Source of the DNA: Bacteroidia bacterium
GTDB taxonomy: Bacteria; Bacteroidota; Bacteroidia; UKL13-3
NCBI GenBank assembly: GCA_046296495.1
Contig: JBKBLB010000019.1
Location: 4,312 to 68,311 of the forward strand
Direction of reading: 5' to 3'
DNA length: 64,000 nucleotides
Shown in pieces: positions 20,140 to 31,036 of this stretch; positions within the stretch are counted from its first letter, which is position 1; every line of letters begins with the position of its first letter. Below the pieces are notes generated by a model. The model had not been told where the DNA came from. It did not search any database and worked only from the letters and a program-made list of their open reading frames with translations. A program made the position numbers and the translations under genes.

Positions 20140-20311
20140 TAGCAAATGAATAATTAGGTTGTCAAAATAAATTATGTATAGCTGTTTGTTTTTTTGACCC
20201 AAACAAGATTGAAATTTAATAAGTGTACTAAAATAAACCTTGTTTGAAGCTGATAAGACTTAATACAGCGCTGCAATACTAAACAATAATTTTATATTTG
20301 CAATAGGTTAG

Positions 20312-21190
20312 TTAATATGATGCTTTCATCATATCCAGCATACCTATTAAACCACCATTATGAAGCGCTAAAACGCTTTCTCCATTTTTAAAATAACCCT
20401 GCTTTGCTAAACTTGTAAGGGCATAAAACATTTTTCCTTCGTAAACATAATCGAGGAGTATACCGGTATTGGTTGCAAAATAACTTACAAATTGGGTTAA
20501 TTGTTTATCAATTTTTGCATAACCTCCAAAATGAAATCCATCATGCCATTCGTACAAAGATTTATCAAAAGTTTTTAAAAGTTCTTTATCATCGTAGCCT
20601 TTTAGAACCGGGACTCCATGTATTTTAGTTTGGTAATTATTTTTTTCAACTCTTTGCAATAACCCTAACATGGTGCTTCCTGTTCCAACCGAACAAAAAA
20701 TATGATTATAATTTTGGCTTAAATCTTCAATTATTTCTGCCACACCTTTTTCTCCCAATTCTCCTTGTCCGCCTTCATCAATAAAATAACAATTTTCAAT
20801 ATCATGTATTTTGCTTTTTGCAAAATTTATTTTATCGGTTTTGTATGTGTTGCGTTCAACAAAAAACAAATGCATACCAAAAATTTTGCAAAGGCTAAGC
20901 ATATAATTTTTTACAGGTTCGCCTCTTACAAATCCATACGATATAAAACCCATTTTGGCACATGCTGCGGCAGTAGCCAGCAAATGATTACTGTAAGCTC
21001 CGCCAAAAGTTACAATGGTATTTTTACCATTCGCTGCAGCATCTTGAAAATAATATTTTAATTTACGCATTTTGTTACCACTAACAAAAGGGTGTGCCAA
21101 GTCCTCGCGTTTTATAAAAACATTTATTCCGGCATTGCTAAATTCAGGTAAATTAACCTGCTCAATAGGTGCATAAGGCTTATTGAACAT
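20312..21190 (-). CDS. PLP-dependent ACC deaminase / D-cysteine desulfhydrase family protein
   Basis: IKREDLAHPFVSGNKMRKLKY (PLP lysine context) and a GGAYSNH-type loop. 292 aa. Confidence 0.7.
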   Translation of the reverse strand: MFNKPYAPIEQVNLPEFSNAGINVFIKREDLAHPFVSGNKMRKLKYYFQDAAANGKNTIVTFGGAYSNHLLATAAACAKMGFISYGFVRGEPVKNYMLSLCKIFGMHLFFVERNTYKTDKINFAKSKIHDIENCYFIDEGGQGELGEKGVAEIIEDLSQNYNHIFCSVGTGSTMLGLLQRVEKNNYQTKIHGVPVLKGYDDKELLKTFDKSLYEWHDGFHFGGYAKIDKQLTQFVSYFATNTGILLDYVYEGKMFYALTSLAKQGYFKNGESVLALHNGGLIGMLDMMKASY

Positions 21191-22499
21191 GCACTTTAAA
21201 TTTTATTTTTTCGAAAGAAAAAGCAGCGGCAATCCAAAGCAATGGTGCAAAGCCAATGCGATAACGAGCAAGACCTAATACCCCCGTAGCGCCTACCATA
21301 TAACACACAAATAAAAAAATTAGCAGTTTTAAGTATAAATCGGTTTTAGTAAAAAGTAAAAAGTAAATAAACGCGGAAAACAAAACAACATTAAAAACAA
21401 AGCTTACAGCTAATACAAACAACAAACCAAGTGGAGCAATTTTTAAAAAAGACACTATTCCCTTAAAAAAGCCTTCGGTATTAATTAAATGGTATAAACC
21501 TAAAAATTCTCCCTCATTAATGTTTAAAAATTTGTACCAATCAAATCTTCCGGGGTCAATCATTATCATAAGCCAGCCTTTTACATTAAACCAAATAAAT
21601 ACAGGCCAATGTTGTTTAATAATTTTTTTTCCTTCATTGTTCATTATTTCATAACGAGTTTGAAAGTCTGTTGCCGCATCGGCTTTTTGCATAATTACAG
21701 CCTGAACCGAATCGGCATAAGCCTCGCCATAAATTTGTGCATTGGTGTATTTGGCCATGTATTTTAATACAAAATAAGGTGTTACAGTAGTATAATGATA
21801 ATATCCTGTTACCTTTTTATTGTAAGAACAATAGGCGTGGTAAGTAATAGGTAAAAGCAAAAAAGGCAATACATATTTTAATTTTTTTTGCCTTAACCAA
21901 ATAACCACTAAAAACAAAGCAAGCGAAAAGCCAAGCAAAAAACTTACCGGCTTGGTTAGCATACCAATAACAAAAAATAAACTTGCAATAACAGCATATT
22001 TAAAAGTTGGATTTTTAATGAGTTTATATGAGAATAAAAATGCCTGAAACATGATAAACTGAAACAAAATATCGCTCATTATCATATTGCAGTGTATAAA
22101 CTGAGAAGGATAAAACAACAATATTAAACTTAGTAAAATTGAAACATTTAATTCTTTTATATTTTGCTGAACCAAAAACCTAAACAATGAGATTATAGTG
22201 AAAATACTTAACAGGTTTTGAAAAAAAAGCACCGTAAAATCGTGCTTGTAAATTGATTTGCATAACAAAATAAACAAACCATATAAAGGTGGACGAAAGG
22301 TAAACCAATCAGGGTGAAATTTTTCTCTCCATGGTGCTGCGTAAAAACTGTAATGATTTTTAATATTATCTGCTTGAGCCAAATAGCCTATTGAATCTGT
22401 TGTATAAATATCAGAAATAAAATAAGCTGTAAAAAAATATATGGCATGTACAATGGTTATAAATGCAGCAAAAAATCGGTATGGGTTCGATTGAATCAA
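21180..22499 (-). CDS. polytopic membrane protein, possible GT-C (ArnT/PMT-like) glycosyltransferase
   Basis: About 12 predicted hydrophobic helices over 439 aa. Its 3' end overlaps the downstream gene start by 11 nt. No catalytic motif could be verified. Confidence 0.4.
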   Translation of the reverse strand: MIQSNPYRFFAAFITIVHAIYFFTAYFISDIYTTDSIGYLAQADNIKNHYSFYAAPWREKFHPDWFTFRPPLYGLFILLCKSIYKHDFTVLFFQNLLSIFTIISLFRFLVQQNIKELNVSILLSLILLFYPSQFIHCNMIMSDILFQFIMFQAFLFSYKLIKNPTFKYAVIASLFFVIGMLTKPVSFLLGFSLALFLVVIWLRQKKLKYVLPFLLLPITYHAYCSYNKKVTGYYHYTTVTPYFVLKYMAKYTNAQIYGEAYADSVQAVIMQKADAATDFQTRYEIMNNEGKKIIKQHWPVFIWFNVKGWLMIMIDPGRFDWYKFLNINEGEFLGLYHLINTEGFFKGIVSFLKIAPLGLLFVLAVSFVFNVVLFSAFIYFLLFTKTDLYLKLLIFLFVCYMVGATGVLGLARYRIGFAPLLWIAAAFSFEKIKFKVHVQ

Positions 22500-22543
22500 G
22501 TTGCAAATTAAACAAAACTAAAATTTTATTGCTTTATTAGTAT

Positions 22544-23848
22544 ATGAACCAACCGATAAATATTTTTTGGCATCGAAGAGACTTAAGAATAACCGACAAT
22601 GCCGGATTATACCACGCATTAAAAAGTAATATACCTGTTTTACCCATATTTATTTTTGATACCAATATTCTTGATAAACTGGACGATAAAACAGATGCGA
22701 GGGTTAGTTTTATTCACCAAGAAATTTTAAAAATAAAAAATGAGCTACAAAAATTTGGTTCAGACCTATACGTATTTTACGGTAAACCAATTGAAGTTTT
22801 TGAAAGAATTACGCAACAATTTAAAATTAATGCAGTGTTTACCAATCATGATTACGAGCCATATGCAACCCAAAGAGATAAACAGGTAAAAGACTTTTTG
22901 GAATATAATAACATTGAGTTCAACACATATAAAGACCATTGTATTTTTGAAAAAGATGAAGTAGTAAAAGATGACGGGAAACCCTACACGGTTTTTACTC
23001 CTTACAGCAAAAAGTGGAGGTTTAAAATTAATTCATTTTACTTAAAATCTTACCCAAACGAAAAATATTATAACAACTATTTAAAAATTGAACCAAAACC
23101 AATAATTTCTTTAAATGAAATGGGTTTTGAGCCTACAAGTTTGCATTTTCCTGAACCGGAAACAACTAACGGCATCATTAAACACTATGCTGAAAAAAGA
23201 AATTTTCCGGCCATAAACGGTACAAGCCGACTTGGCATACACTTTAGGTTTGGCACCATAAGCATTCGCGAAAAAGCACGAAAAGCTTATTCACTTAGCG
23301 AAACCTGGGTTAACGAACTTATTTGGCGAGACTTTTATATGCAAATTTTATGGCACTTTCCGTATGTTGCCACAAGCGCATTTAGGCCTGAATACAACAA
23401 CATAGAATGGATTAACAACGAAAACGATTTTGATAAATGGTGCAACGGACAAACCGGCTACCCCATTGTAGATGCAGGTATGAGAGAATTAAATAAAACC
23501 GGTTACATGCACAATCGTGTACGAATGATTACTGCAAGTTTTTTAACTAAACACCTGCTTATTGACTGGCGTTGGGGCGAAGCTTATTTTGCCAAAAAAC
23601 TACTCGATTTTGATTTGAGTGCTAACAATGGCGGCTGGCAATGGGCTGCAGGTTGCGGAACTGATGCAGCACCTTATTTCAGAATTTTTAACCCTGCATT
23701 GCAAACCGAAAAATTTGATAAAGATTTAGTTTATACAAAAAAATGGGTTCCTGAATTAGGCACTCCTTCTTATCCTAAACCCATAGTAAACCACGATTTT
23801 GCAAGAAAACGATGCCTGGATGTGTATAAAAAAGCCATTGGAAAATAA
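22544..23848 (+). CDS. deoxyribodipyrimidine photolyase / cryptochrome-DASH family protein
   Basis: IFWHRRDLRITDNAGL N-terminus and FAD-binding region TGYPIVDAGMRELNKTGYMHNRVRMITASFL...DLSANNGGWQW. Confidence 0.85.
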   Translation: MNQPINIFWHRRDLRITDNAGLYHALKSNIPVLPIFIFDTNILDKLDDKTDARVSFIHQEILKIKNELQKFGSDLYVFYGKPIEVFERITQQFKINAVFTNHDYEPYATQRDKQVKDFLEYNNIEFNTYKDHCIFEKDEVVKDDGKPYTVFTPYSKKWRFKINSFYLKSYPNEKYYNNYLKIEPKPIISLNEMGFEPTSLHFPEPETTNGIIKHYAEKRNFPAINGTSRLGIHFRFGTISIREKARKAYSLSETWVNELIWRDFYMQILWHFPYVATSAFRPEYNNIEWINNENDFDKWCNGQTGYPIVDAGMRELNKTGYMHNRVRMITASFLTKHLLIDWRWGEAYFAKKLLDFDLSANNGGWQWAAGCGTDAAPYFRIFNPALQTEKFDKDLVYTKKWVPELGTPSYPKPIVNHDFARKRCLDVYKKAIGK

Positions 23849-23850
23849 AT

Positions 23851-24129
23851 TTAACGTTTACTTATTTTATTACCTGAAATTATTCTTTGCCTTGTACATT
23901 TAAAACGTTCAATTTCCGGATTACGTTTTTTTAAATGCTTTTGGCTTATTCCGCTATTTACACGTTTTCTCCATAAACGCCAACTGCTTCCTTTTAAATT
24001 TATGCGCATAAGCTCTATTACCTGGCTTTCAGATAACCCGAATTGAATTTTGATAGCTTCAAATGGGGTTTTGTCTTCCCAAGCCATTTCAATTATCCTG
24101 TCTATTTCTTCCGGTTTTAAATCATTCAT
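23851..24129 (-). CDS. small conserved protein of the DUF2805/TIGR03643 type
   Basis: [31 protein letters not shown]...WRKRV matches my memory of this family, which is typically found beside photolyase/cryptochrome genes. Confidence 0.65.
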   Translation of the reverse strand: MNDLKPEEIDRIIEMAWEDKTPFEAIKIQFGLSESQVIELMRINLKGSSWRLWRKRVNSGISQKHLKKRNPEIERFKCTRQRIISGNKISKR

Positions 24130-24176
24130 TTTTGTTTAAACATTCAATATTTAAGGTTGTTTTAATCAAAAAAAAC

Positions 24177-25706
24177 ATGCAGCAAGGCATAAATATAGTT
24201 TGGTTAAAACGCGATTTACGATTAAGCGATCATATTCCGCTTTTAAAAGCTTCGCAAACCGATAAACCTTTGTTTTTACTTTATATGTTTGAACCAAACA
24301 TTATAGAAGCACCTGATTTTGATGAAAGACATGGCAGATTTATTTTTGAAAGTGTAGCAGATTTAAATAACCGACTGGCTGAGTATAATACAGAAATTTA
24401 TACCTGCTATGGAAATGCATTTGATGTTTTTAGTACACTAATTGATAATATAAAAATAGAAGGTGTATATAGCCAGATAGAAACCGGAAATGATATTACT
24501 TTTAAAAGAGATAAAGAGGTTGCATCATTACTTAATGATAAAAAAATTATCTGGCATCAATTTCAACACAACGGCATAAAAAGGGGTTTAAAAAACCGCG
24601 AAAACTGGAGTAAATTATGGCATCAATATATGCTTACTAAAATTGAACCGATTGAACTCGATAAAATAAATTGGTTCAAACCTGATAAAAAAATTCTTAA
24701 TAAAAACATACCTAACGGGTTTAAAATTTATAACAAAAACTTTCAAAAAGGTGGAGAAACATTTGCATGGAAATATTTATCAAGTTTCATTAACGAAAGA
24801 TCTTTTAATTATGCAAAGCATATAAGCAAGCCACTTTACAGCAGAACATCTTGCAGCCGCCTTTCACCATATATAGCTTATGGAAATATAAGCATCAGGC
24901 AGGTATATCAGGAATGTTTAAATTTAAAAAAAGAAAAGAAAAACAGAGGTTTGCATTTTTTTATAAGCCGCTTGCATTGGCATTGCCATTTTATACAAAA
25001 GTTTGAAACCTTTTGTAAAATGGAGTTTGAAAATATAAATTCTGCTTTTAATGATATACGAACCCAAGTAAACGAACATTTTATTGAAGCTTGGAAAAAT
25101 GGAAAAACCGGCTATCCGCTAATTGATGCTTGCATGAGATGTTTGCATGAAACAGGCTATATAAATTTTAGAATGCGTGCCATGCTAATAAGTTTTTTAA
25201 CACACAATTTATGGCAACCCTGGCAAGCAGGTGCGCACCATTTGGCAAAGTTGTTTTTAGACTACGAGCCTGGTATTCACTACCCGCAAATACAAATGCA
25301 GGCAGGTACTACCGGTATAAATACCATAAGAACTTACAATCCTGTAAAACAAAGCAAAGACCACGACCCCGATGGTGAATTTATAAAAATGTGGATTAAA
25401 GAACTTTATCAGGTTCCTGCTTCACTTATTCATACTCCGTGGTTAATGAATGAACATGAGCAGAAAATGTATAATTGCGTTTTAGGCAAAGATTATCCAT
25501 TACCCATTGTTGATTTAAAGGAAACCACCAACCATGCAAACAAAGAACTCTGGCGAATAAAAAAATCAATTACGGCAAAACTAAACAATCAACAAATACT
25601 GAATACCTTAACCGAAAGAAAATCAGAAAAAGAAAAAAATATATCCATAAAAATATCTTCTACTAAAAATAAAAAACAGCAAGATTTAAACCTTAAACTT
25701 TTTTAA
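24177..25706 (+). CDS. cryptochrome/photolyase family protein (second, divergent member)
   Basis: [49 protein letters not shown] and [16 protein letters not shown]. The start is trimmed to ATG 24177, because the track start at 24063 overlaps the divergent gene. Confidence 0.75.
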   Translation: MQQGINIVWLKRDLRLSDHIPLLKASQTDKPLFLLYMFEPNIIEAPDFDERHGRFIFESVADLNNRLAEYNTEIYTCYGNAFDVFSTLIDNIKIEGVYSQIETGNDITFKRDKEVASLLNDKKIIWHQFQHNGIKRGLKNRENWSKLWHQYMLTKIEPIELDKINWFKPDKKILNKNIPNGFKIYNKNFQKGGETFAWKYLSSFINERSFNYAKHISKPLYSRTSCSRLSPYIAYGNISIRQVYQECLNLKKEKKNRGLHFFISRLHWHCHFIQKFETFCKMEFENINSAFNDIRTQVNEHFIEAWKNGKTGYPLIDACMRCLHETGYINFRMRAMLISFLTHNLWQPWQAGAHHLAKLFLDYEPGIHYPQIQMQAGTTGINTIRTYNPVKQSKDHDPDGEFIKMWIKELYQVPASLIHTPWLMNEHEQKMYNCVLGKDYPLPIVDLKETTNHANKELWRIKKSITAKLNNQQILNTLTERKSEKEKNISIKISSTKNKKQQDLNLKLF

Positions 25707-25711
25707 TAGGT

Positions 25712-26641
25712 TTGAAAACTTTGAAGGCTGTAATTGATATAGGAACAAACACGTTTAATCTTTTAATAGGAGAAATTAAAGACAAAGAGTTAATAATTTA
25801 TTATAATACCGAAACACCGGTTAAGCTTGGTAAAAAAGGCATTAACGAAGGCATTATAAGAGAAGATGCCTTAAAAAGAGGTCTTGATACATTAACACAA
25901 TACAAAGCTATTACTGAACAATTTGGCGTTAATAGCATAATAACTTTAGCTACGGCTACCATACGAAATGCAAAAAACGCAAACATTTTTATTGAAAAAG
26001 CTCAGCAGATTTTAAATACAACTATTAAAACCATTAGCGGTTTGGAAGAGGCTGAACTTATTTATAAAGGAGCCATTAATAGTTACAAAATACCCGATGA
26101 AACCTTATTGGTTATGGATATTGGCGGTGGGAGCGTTGAAATAATAATAGGCAAAAAACAAGAAATATTTTTTTGTAAAAGCTACGAAGCTGGCGCTTTA
26201 AAATTACTTGAGTTGTTCAATCCCAATAATCCATTCACCGGCAAAGATTTTGAAAAAATCAATACACATCTTCAATCAATATTTTTTGATTTGATAGAAC
26301 TAAAAAGTGATTTTGAAATTGATACTATGATTGGCACAGCCGGTAGTTTCGATAGCCTTACGGATGTTTTAGAAAATCATTTTAACCAAAAACTTGTTTC
26401 TCTAAGTAAAAATGCAGTTTTGGTTCAAAAAGAACAATTTGATGAATTTTATAATCTTATAACCAAAAGTTCAATTAATGAAAGAATAAATATTAGAGGG
26501 TTGGTTGATTTTAGGGTAGAAACTATTCCGGTTGCTGCTTTATTGATGCATTTTATTGTAACAATTTTTAATATTGAAAAAATTATTGCAAGTAAATATG
26601 CCTTAAAAGAAGGCGTATTTTTTGTTGACCCTAAACATTAA
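25712..26641 (+). CDS. Ppx/GppA family phosphatase
   Basis: VIDIGTNTFNLLI and MDIGGGSVEI are ASKHA-fold phosphate loops. TTG start. Confidence 0.8.
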   Translation: MKTLKAVIDIGTNTFNLLIGEIKDKELIIYYNTETPVKLGKKGINEGIIREDALKRGLDTLTQYKAITEQFGVNSIITLATATIRNAKNANIFIEKAQQILNTTIKTISGLEEAELIYKGAINSYKIPDETLLVMDIGGGSVEIIIGKKQEIFFCKSYEAGALKLLELFNPNNPFTGKDFEKINTHLQSIFFDLIELKSDFEIDTMIGTAGSFDSLTDVLENHFNQKLVSLSKNAVLVQKEQFDEFYNLITKSSINERINIRGLVDFRVETIPVAALLMHFIVTIFNIEKIIASKYALKEGVFFVDPKH

Positions 26642-26645
26642 TGAC

Positions 26646-26978
26646 ATGAAAACAACACTGAGACCTATAGTATTTGTTATAAACATTATTTGCATTGTTT
26701 TATTGGCAGCTAACTTAGATTTAGAGACTGTTTTTAAACTATCAACAAAAGAATTGTTTTTGTTTGTTTTTTATCCGGTAATAATATTGGTAGGCCATTT
26801 ACTTATGTTTATGTATTACCGAACAGGAGCATTTACAAGCATAGCAGGTTTGATTTTGTATTACTTAATTTACTATTTATTAAACCATCACTTTCCTCAG
26901 GGCAGTTTTTATTTTTTATTCTTGGCGGCTCCAATTTTGGCAATAGTTGACAGATTTTTAATTCCAAAGAAATTTTAA
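26646..26978 (+). CDS. small membrane protein (3-4 TM helices), unknown function
   Basis: Hydrophobic segments run throughout. ATG at 26646 is preferred. Confidence 0.4.
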   Translation: MKTTLRPIVFVINIICIVLLAANLDLETVFKLSTKELFLFVFYPVIILVGHLLMFMYYRTGAFTSIAGLILYYLIYYLLNHHFPQGSFYFLFLAAPILAIVDRFLIPKKF

Positions 26979-26987
26979 AAATCACAA

Positions 26988-28100
26988 GTGAAAATTTTAT
27001 TTGATGATGAAATTTTTTTCAGGCAACGTTATGGCGGTGTAAGTAAAATATTTTCGTTGCTGCTACAAAACCTAAGTAATGATAAAGACTTCGATATTTT
27101 ATTCAAAAACTTTTACTCGGAAAATGAATATTTAATAGGTCTTAACTTAAATGGGGTTGAACCTGTTTTAAAAAACAAAAACTTTCCTCTTAAAGGTAAA
27201 ATTATCAGGGCCATTGGCGCATATTACGGGCATGCATTTGTTAATAAAATTCTTAAACAGCAAAAAGCAGATATTTTTCATCCAACATTTTACAGCAATT
27301 ACTTTTTTAAATCACTAAGCAACAAAACCAAACTTGTAATTACCATTCACGATTTAATACACGAAAAATTCAGCTCGAATCAACATTACAGAAACCTTGC
27401 TAAAATAAAAATGCAAAACATTAAGCAAGCAGATGCCATTGTTACCGTATCTGAAAATACCAAAAAAGATTTACTCGAAATTTATCCGTTCACCAACCCC
27501 AATAAAATATACGTAAATTATCTTGCCGAAGATATATCCGGAATTACAGCTAAACCAATTAAAAATTTACCCGAAAAGTATATCTTATTTACCGGTGAAA
27601 GAAGAGGATATAAAAATTTTAATGTACTTGTTAAAGCTTTTGCGATTGTTGCCAAAAAACACGCTGATTTATTTTTGTTTTGTACCGGCAGTTTGCCTTT
27701 TACTGCCGATGAAATAAAAATGTTTAAAAATTTAAATATTGAAAATAAAGTTATTCAACAATCGCTTAGTATAGGTGAGCTAAAATATGCTTACAACAGT
27801 GCAAAAGTTTTTATTTTTCCATCAAAATACGAAGGTTTTGGCATTCCGGTTTTAGAGGCTTTTGCCTGTAAAGTTGCTTTAATTATAAGTAATTGCGGAA
27901 GCCTGCCAGAAATTGCAGGTGATGCCTGTCTTAAATTTAATGCTGATGATGAATTGGAACTGTCTCATCAAATAATCAATGTTTTAGAAGACAAAAATCT
28001 TTCGAATAGCTTAATTGAAAAAGGAACTGAAAGATTAAAACTTTTTAGCTGGCAAAAACATATACAACAAACCAAAAACCTTTATCTATCTTTGGTATAG
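26988..28100 (+). CDS. glycosyltransferase family 4 (GT-B)
   Basis: C-terminal FIFPSKYEGFGIPVLEAFACKVALIISNCGSLPEI is the E(x7)E-type GT4 motif. Confidence 0.8.
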   Translation: MKILFDDEIFFRQRYGGVSKIFSLLLQNLSNDKDFDILFKNFYSENEYLIGLNLNGVEPVLKNKNFPLKGKIIRAIGAYYGHAFVNKILKQQKADIFHPTFYSNYFFKSLSNKTKLVITIHDLIHEKFSSNQHYRNLAKIKMQNIKQADAIVTVSENTKKDLLEIYPFTNPNKIYVNYLAEDISGITAKPIKNLPEKYILFTGERRGYKNFNVLVKAFAIVAKKHADLFLFCTGSLPFTADEIKMFKNLNIENKVIQQSLSIGELKYAYNSAKVFIFPSKYEGFGIPVLEAFACKVALIISNCGSLPEIAGDACLKFNADDELELSHQIINVLEDKNLSNSLIEKGTERLKLFSWQKHIQQTKNLYLSLV

Positions 28101-28672
28101 TGCGTATTTTATTATTGGATAATTTTGACTCATTTACCTACATGCTTAAAGATTACCTTGAGCAGTGCGGTGTAAATTGCCAAGTTGTTAGAAACAACAT
28201 TGATATAGATTTAAGTAATCTGTCGGTTGAATATAATGCTTTGGTATTATCACCGGGGCCTCAAACACCACAATTAGCGGGTAATTTAATGCAGGTTTTA
28301 AATGCAGGTGTTCAACAAAAAATGCCAATTTTGGGTGTTTGCCTCGGCCATCAGGCAATTGGTATATATTTTGGTTCAAAACTTATTAAAGCCAAGCTTC
28401 CACGACATGGAAAAGTTGATATAATTGAACACACCGGCCACAGCATGTTTAAAAATGTAACCAAGCATTTTAAAGCCACTCGCTACCACAGCCTTATTGT
28501 TAAAGACATGCCCAATATGCTTGAACCAACCGCATTTTGCCAAAACGAAATAATGGCGTTGGCCCATAAAACACTTCCCGTGTGGGGCATACAGTTTCAC
28601 CCCGAAAGTTGCCAAACCGAATTTGGATTAACAATTATTAATAATTTTGTAGCTTTGGCAAAAACAAAATAA
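28100..28672 (+). CDS. anthranilate / aminodeoxychorismate synthase glutamine amidotransferase component
   Basis: ILLLDNFDSFTY, GVCLGHQ (catalytic Cys) and FHPES. Confidence 0.85.
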   Translation: MRILLLDNFDSFTYMLKDYLEQCGVNCQVVRNNIDIDLSNLSVEYNALVLSPGPQTPQLAGNLMQVLNAGVQQKMPILGVCLGHQAIGIYFGSKLIKAKLPRHGKVDIIEHTGHSMFKNVTKHFKATRYHSLIVKDMPNMLEPTAFCQNEIMALAHKTLPVWGIQFHPESCQTEFGLTIINNFVALAKTK

Positions 28673-28712
28673 GAATTTAAACTTTGTTTATATTTGGTTA
28701 ACAATAACTTAA

Positions 28713-29477
28713 ATGGAATATAATATACGAAAGGAAGATAAATTCAGCTATATAGATGAGGGCGAGGGCGAAATATTGTTACTGCTTCATGGACTTTTTG
28801 GAGCATTGAGCAATTGGAAAGATGTTTTAAACCATTTTAAGCAAACCCACAGGGTTGTAATTCCTTTAATGCCTATTTTTGAAATGAACCTGTTAAAACT
28901 TAGTGTTGAAGGTCTTGCAAATTTTGTTAACGATTTTATTGAGTATAAAAAGTTTGATAAAGTTAATATTCTTGGCAACTCGCTTGGCGGACATATTGCC
29001 CTGGTTTACATTAAAAAGTATCCGGCCAAAGTAAACAGTCTTTTACTTACCGGCAGTTCCGGATTATACGAAAATGCTTTTGGAGCAAGCTATCCAAGAA
29101 AAGGCGATAAGGCGTACCTGCGCGAAAGAATTGCTTTAACCTTTTACGATCCAAAATCAACGACTGACGAACTGGTAGATGAAATTTATGAAACCATACA
29201 AGACAAGGGTAAATTGCTTAGAATTTTAACCATGGCTAAAAGTGCAATTAGGCATAATATGCGTAAAGATTTGCCAAATTTTAAATTACCCGTTTGCCTT
29301 ATTTGGGGAAAACAAGATAATGTTACTCCGCCAGAAGTTGCAGAAGAGTTTAACCAGTTGCTTCCAAACTCTGAGTTATATTTTATTGATAAATGCGGCC
29401 ACGCCCCCATGATGGAACAACCTGAAGCATTTAATATACTTGCCGATAATTTTTATAAAAAAATATTTAACCAATAG
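28713..29477 (+). CDS. alpha/beta hydrolase
   Basis: HGLFG oxyanion region, nucleophile elbow GNSLGG, and a C-terminal CGHAP His. Confidence 0.7.
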   Translation: MEYNIRKEDKFSYIDEGEGEILLLLHGLFGALSNWKDVLNHFKQTHRVVIPLMPIFEMNLLKLSVEGLANFVNDFIEYKKFDKVNILGNSLGGHIALVYIKKYPAKVNSLLLTGSSGLYENAFGASYPRKGDKAYLRERIALTFYDPKSTTDELVDEIYETIQDKGKLLRILTMAKSAIRHNMRKDLPNFKLPVCLIWGKQDNVTPPEVAEEFNQLLPNSELYFIDKCGHAPMMEQPEAFNILADNFYKKIFNQ

Positions 29478-30139
29478 TGTTTGCCTTTCAACTTATATCA
29501 ACCGAAATTTTTGCTTTAAAGAAAAGCGATACTTGCGATGCTGCCCACATGCTTATGGAAGACTTTAAAGTAAAACATTTGCCTGTGGTTGATAGCGGAG
29601 CTTTAATTGGCTTTGTTTCAGAAAAAATACTTCTTGATAACCCCGACAGCAAGGTTGAAACCGTTATGCAAACCAATACTGAAATATACAAAATAAATTC
29701 AGGTAAACATATTTTTGAATGTTTGCAAATGCTGGCTGAACACCATTTAAGTACTTTAGCAGTTATTGATGAAACCAAGCAGTATAAAGGAATAATTAAT
29801 GCAGCCGATATTGCAGTTTTCTTTCACAAAAACACCTTATTGCAACAGCCCGGCTCAATTATTGTATTGCAAATGCCGGCACTAAATTATTCTTTGGCTG
29901 AGCTTTCAAGAATTGCAGAAAGCAATAACGTTAAAATACTTGCAAGTATAACAAGCCCCGTTCTAAACGAACAAAATCATGTTTATGTAAGTTTAAAGTT
30001 TAACTCAACCAACTTAAAGTTTGTAAGGCAAAGTTATGAGCGTTTTGGTTACCAAATTGTTTTTGCAAACCATACTGATGAAGAAGATGATTTGTTTAAC
30101 AGTCGCTATAATTGGCTTCTTAAATACATAAACACCTGA
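29477..30139 (+). CDS. CBS domain-containing protein
   Basis: HLPVVD and LSTLAVIDE CBS-pair signatures. GTG start overlaps the upstream stop. This is the conserved position upstream of nadK. Confidence 0.6.
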   Translation: MFAFQLISTEIFALKKSDTCDAAHMLMEDFKVKHLPVVDSGALIGFVSEKILLDNPDSKVETVMQTNTEIYKINSGKHIFECLQMLAEHHLSTLAVIDETKQYKGIINAADIAVFFHKNTLLQQPGSIIVLQMPALNYSLAELSRIAESNNVKILASITSPVLNEQNHVYVSLKFNSTNLKFVRQSYERFGYQIVFANHTDEEDDLFNSRYNWLLKYINT

Positions 30140-30142
30140 TAC

Positions 30143-31036
30143 ATGCAAATTGCAGTTTTTGGAAAATACTTTAAAGATGCACGATTTGCTGAAATTCAGG
30201 AATTTTTCAACTACCTCGAATTAAAAAAAATAAATTTTTCGGTTTATAAAAATTATTACGATGATTGTTTACGTCATGGATTAAGCATTGACGTAAAAAC
30301 AAAAACTTACAGCACCTACGAAGAATTTATAAACTTTAATCCAGATTATGTTATTTCTATTGGCGGAGATGGCACCATATTAAACTCTATAGAATTTATA
30401 AGGCATCACCAAATTCCGGTAGCAGGTATAAATACAGGCAGACTTGGTTTTTTGGCAGGAGTAGCTGCCGAAAAGGCCAAAGAATTGGTTGATGATATAA
30501 TAAAAGGCCATTATACCATAGATGGCCGTACTGTTTTAAAACTCGAATGCAAAGAGAGTTTATTTGGTGGTGTGCATTATGCACTAAACGATTTTGTGCT
30601 GCATAAAAAAGACAGCAGCAGCATGATAACCATTCATACTTACCTGAATGGCGAATTTTTAAACTCGTATTGGAGCGATGGTTTAATAGTTGCCACACCA
30701 ACCGGCAGTACAGGTTACAACCTAAGTTGCGGTGGACCAATATTATACCCAACATCGGCAAGTTTTGTTATAACTCCCATTGCGCCACACAACCTAAACG
30801 TAAGACCCATTATCCTTAGCGATTCAAATGTAATTTCGTTTGAAATTGAAGGCCGAGGCGAAAGTTTTCTTGCTACCTTAGATTCACGCTCGGAAAGTAT
30901 AAAAGCTAAATTGCCGCTTGCCATTCGCAAAGCCGATTTTACTTTTAACCTAATGCGCTTTAACAACGAAAACTACCTTAATACGCTTCGGCATAAGCTA
31001 ATGTGGGGAATTGATAATCGTAACTTTAAAAACTAA
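30143..31036 (+). CDS. nadK: NAD kinase
   Basis: GGDGT (SIGGDGTILN) and ATPTGSTGYNLSCGGPI. Confidence 0.9.
   Translation: MQIAVFGKYFKDARFAEIQEFFNYLELKKINFSVYKNYYDDCLRHGLSIDVKTKTYSTYEEFINFNPDYVISIGGDGTILNSIEFIRHHQIPVAGINTGRLGFLAGVAAEKAKELVDDIIKGHYTIDGRTVLKLECKESLFGGVHYALNDFVLHKKDSSSMITIHTYLNGEFLNSYWSDGLIVATPTGSTGYNLSCGGPILYPTSASFVITPIAPHNLNVRPIILSDSNVISFEIEGRGESFLATLDSRSESIKAKLPLAIRKADFTFNLMRFNNENYLNTLRHKLMWGIDNRNFKN

Noticed and set aside
20293-20300. Perfect TATATTTG (-7 box) on the plus strand upstream of rho.
   Set aside because: It points into the 3' end of a minus-strand gene with no plus-strand ORF downstream. The motif is expected by chance in AT-rich spacers.
24063-24176. N-terminal extension of the second photolyase-family ORF as given in the track.
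   Set aside because: The extension overlaps the divergent 23851-24129 gene and translates to non-conserved hydrophobic sequence. The conserved photolyase N-terminus ([12 protein letters not shown]) begins right after the ATG at 24177.
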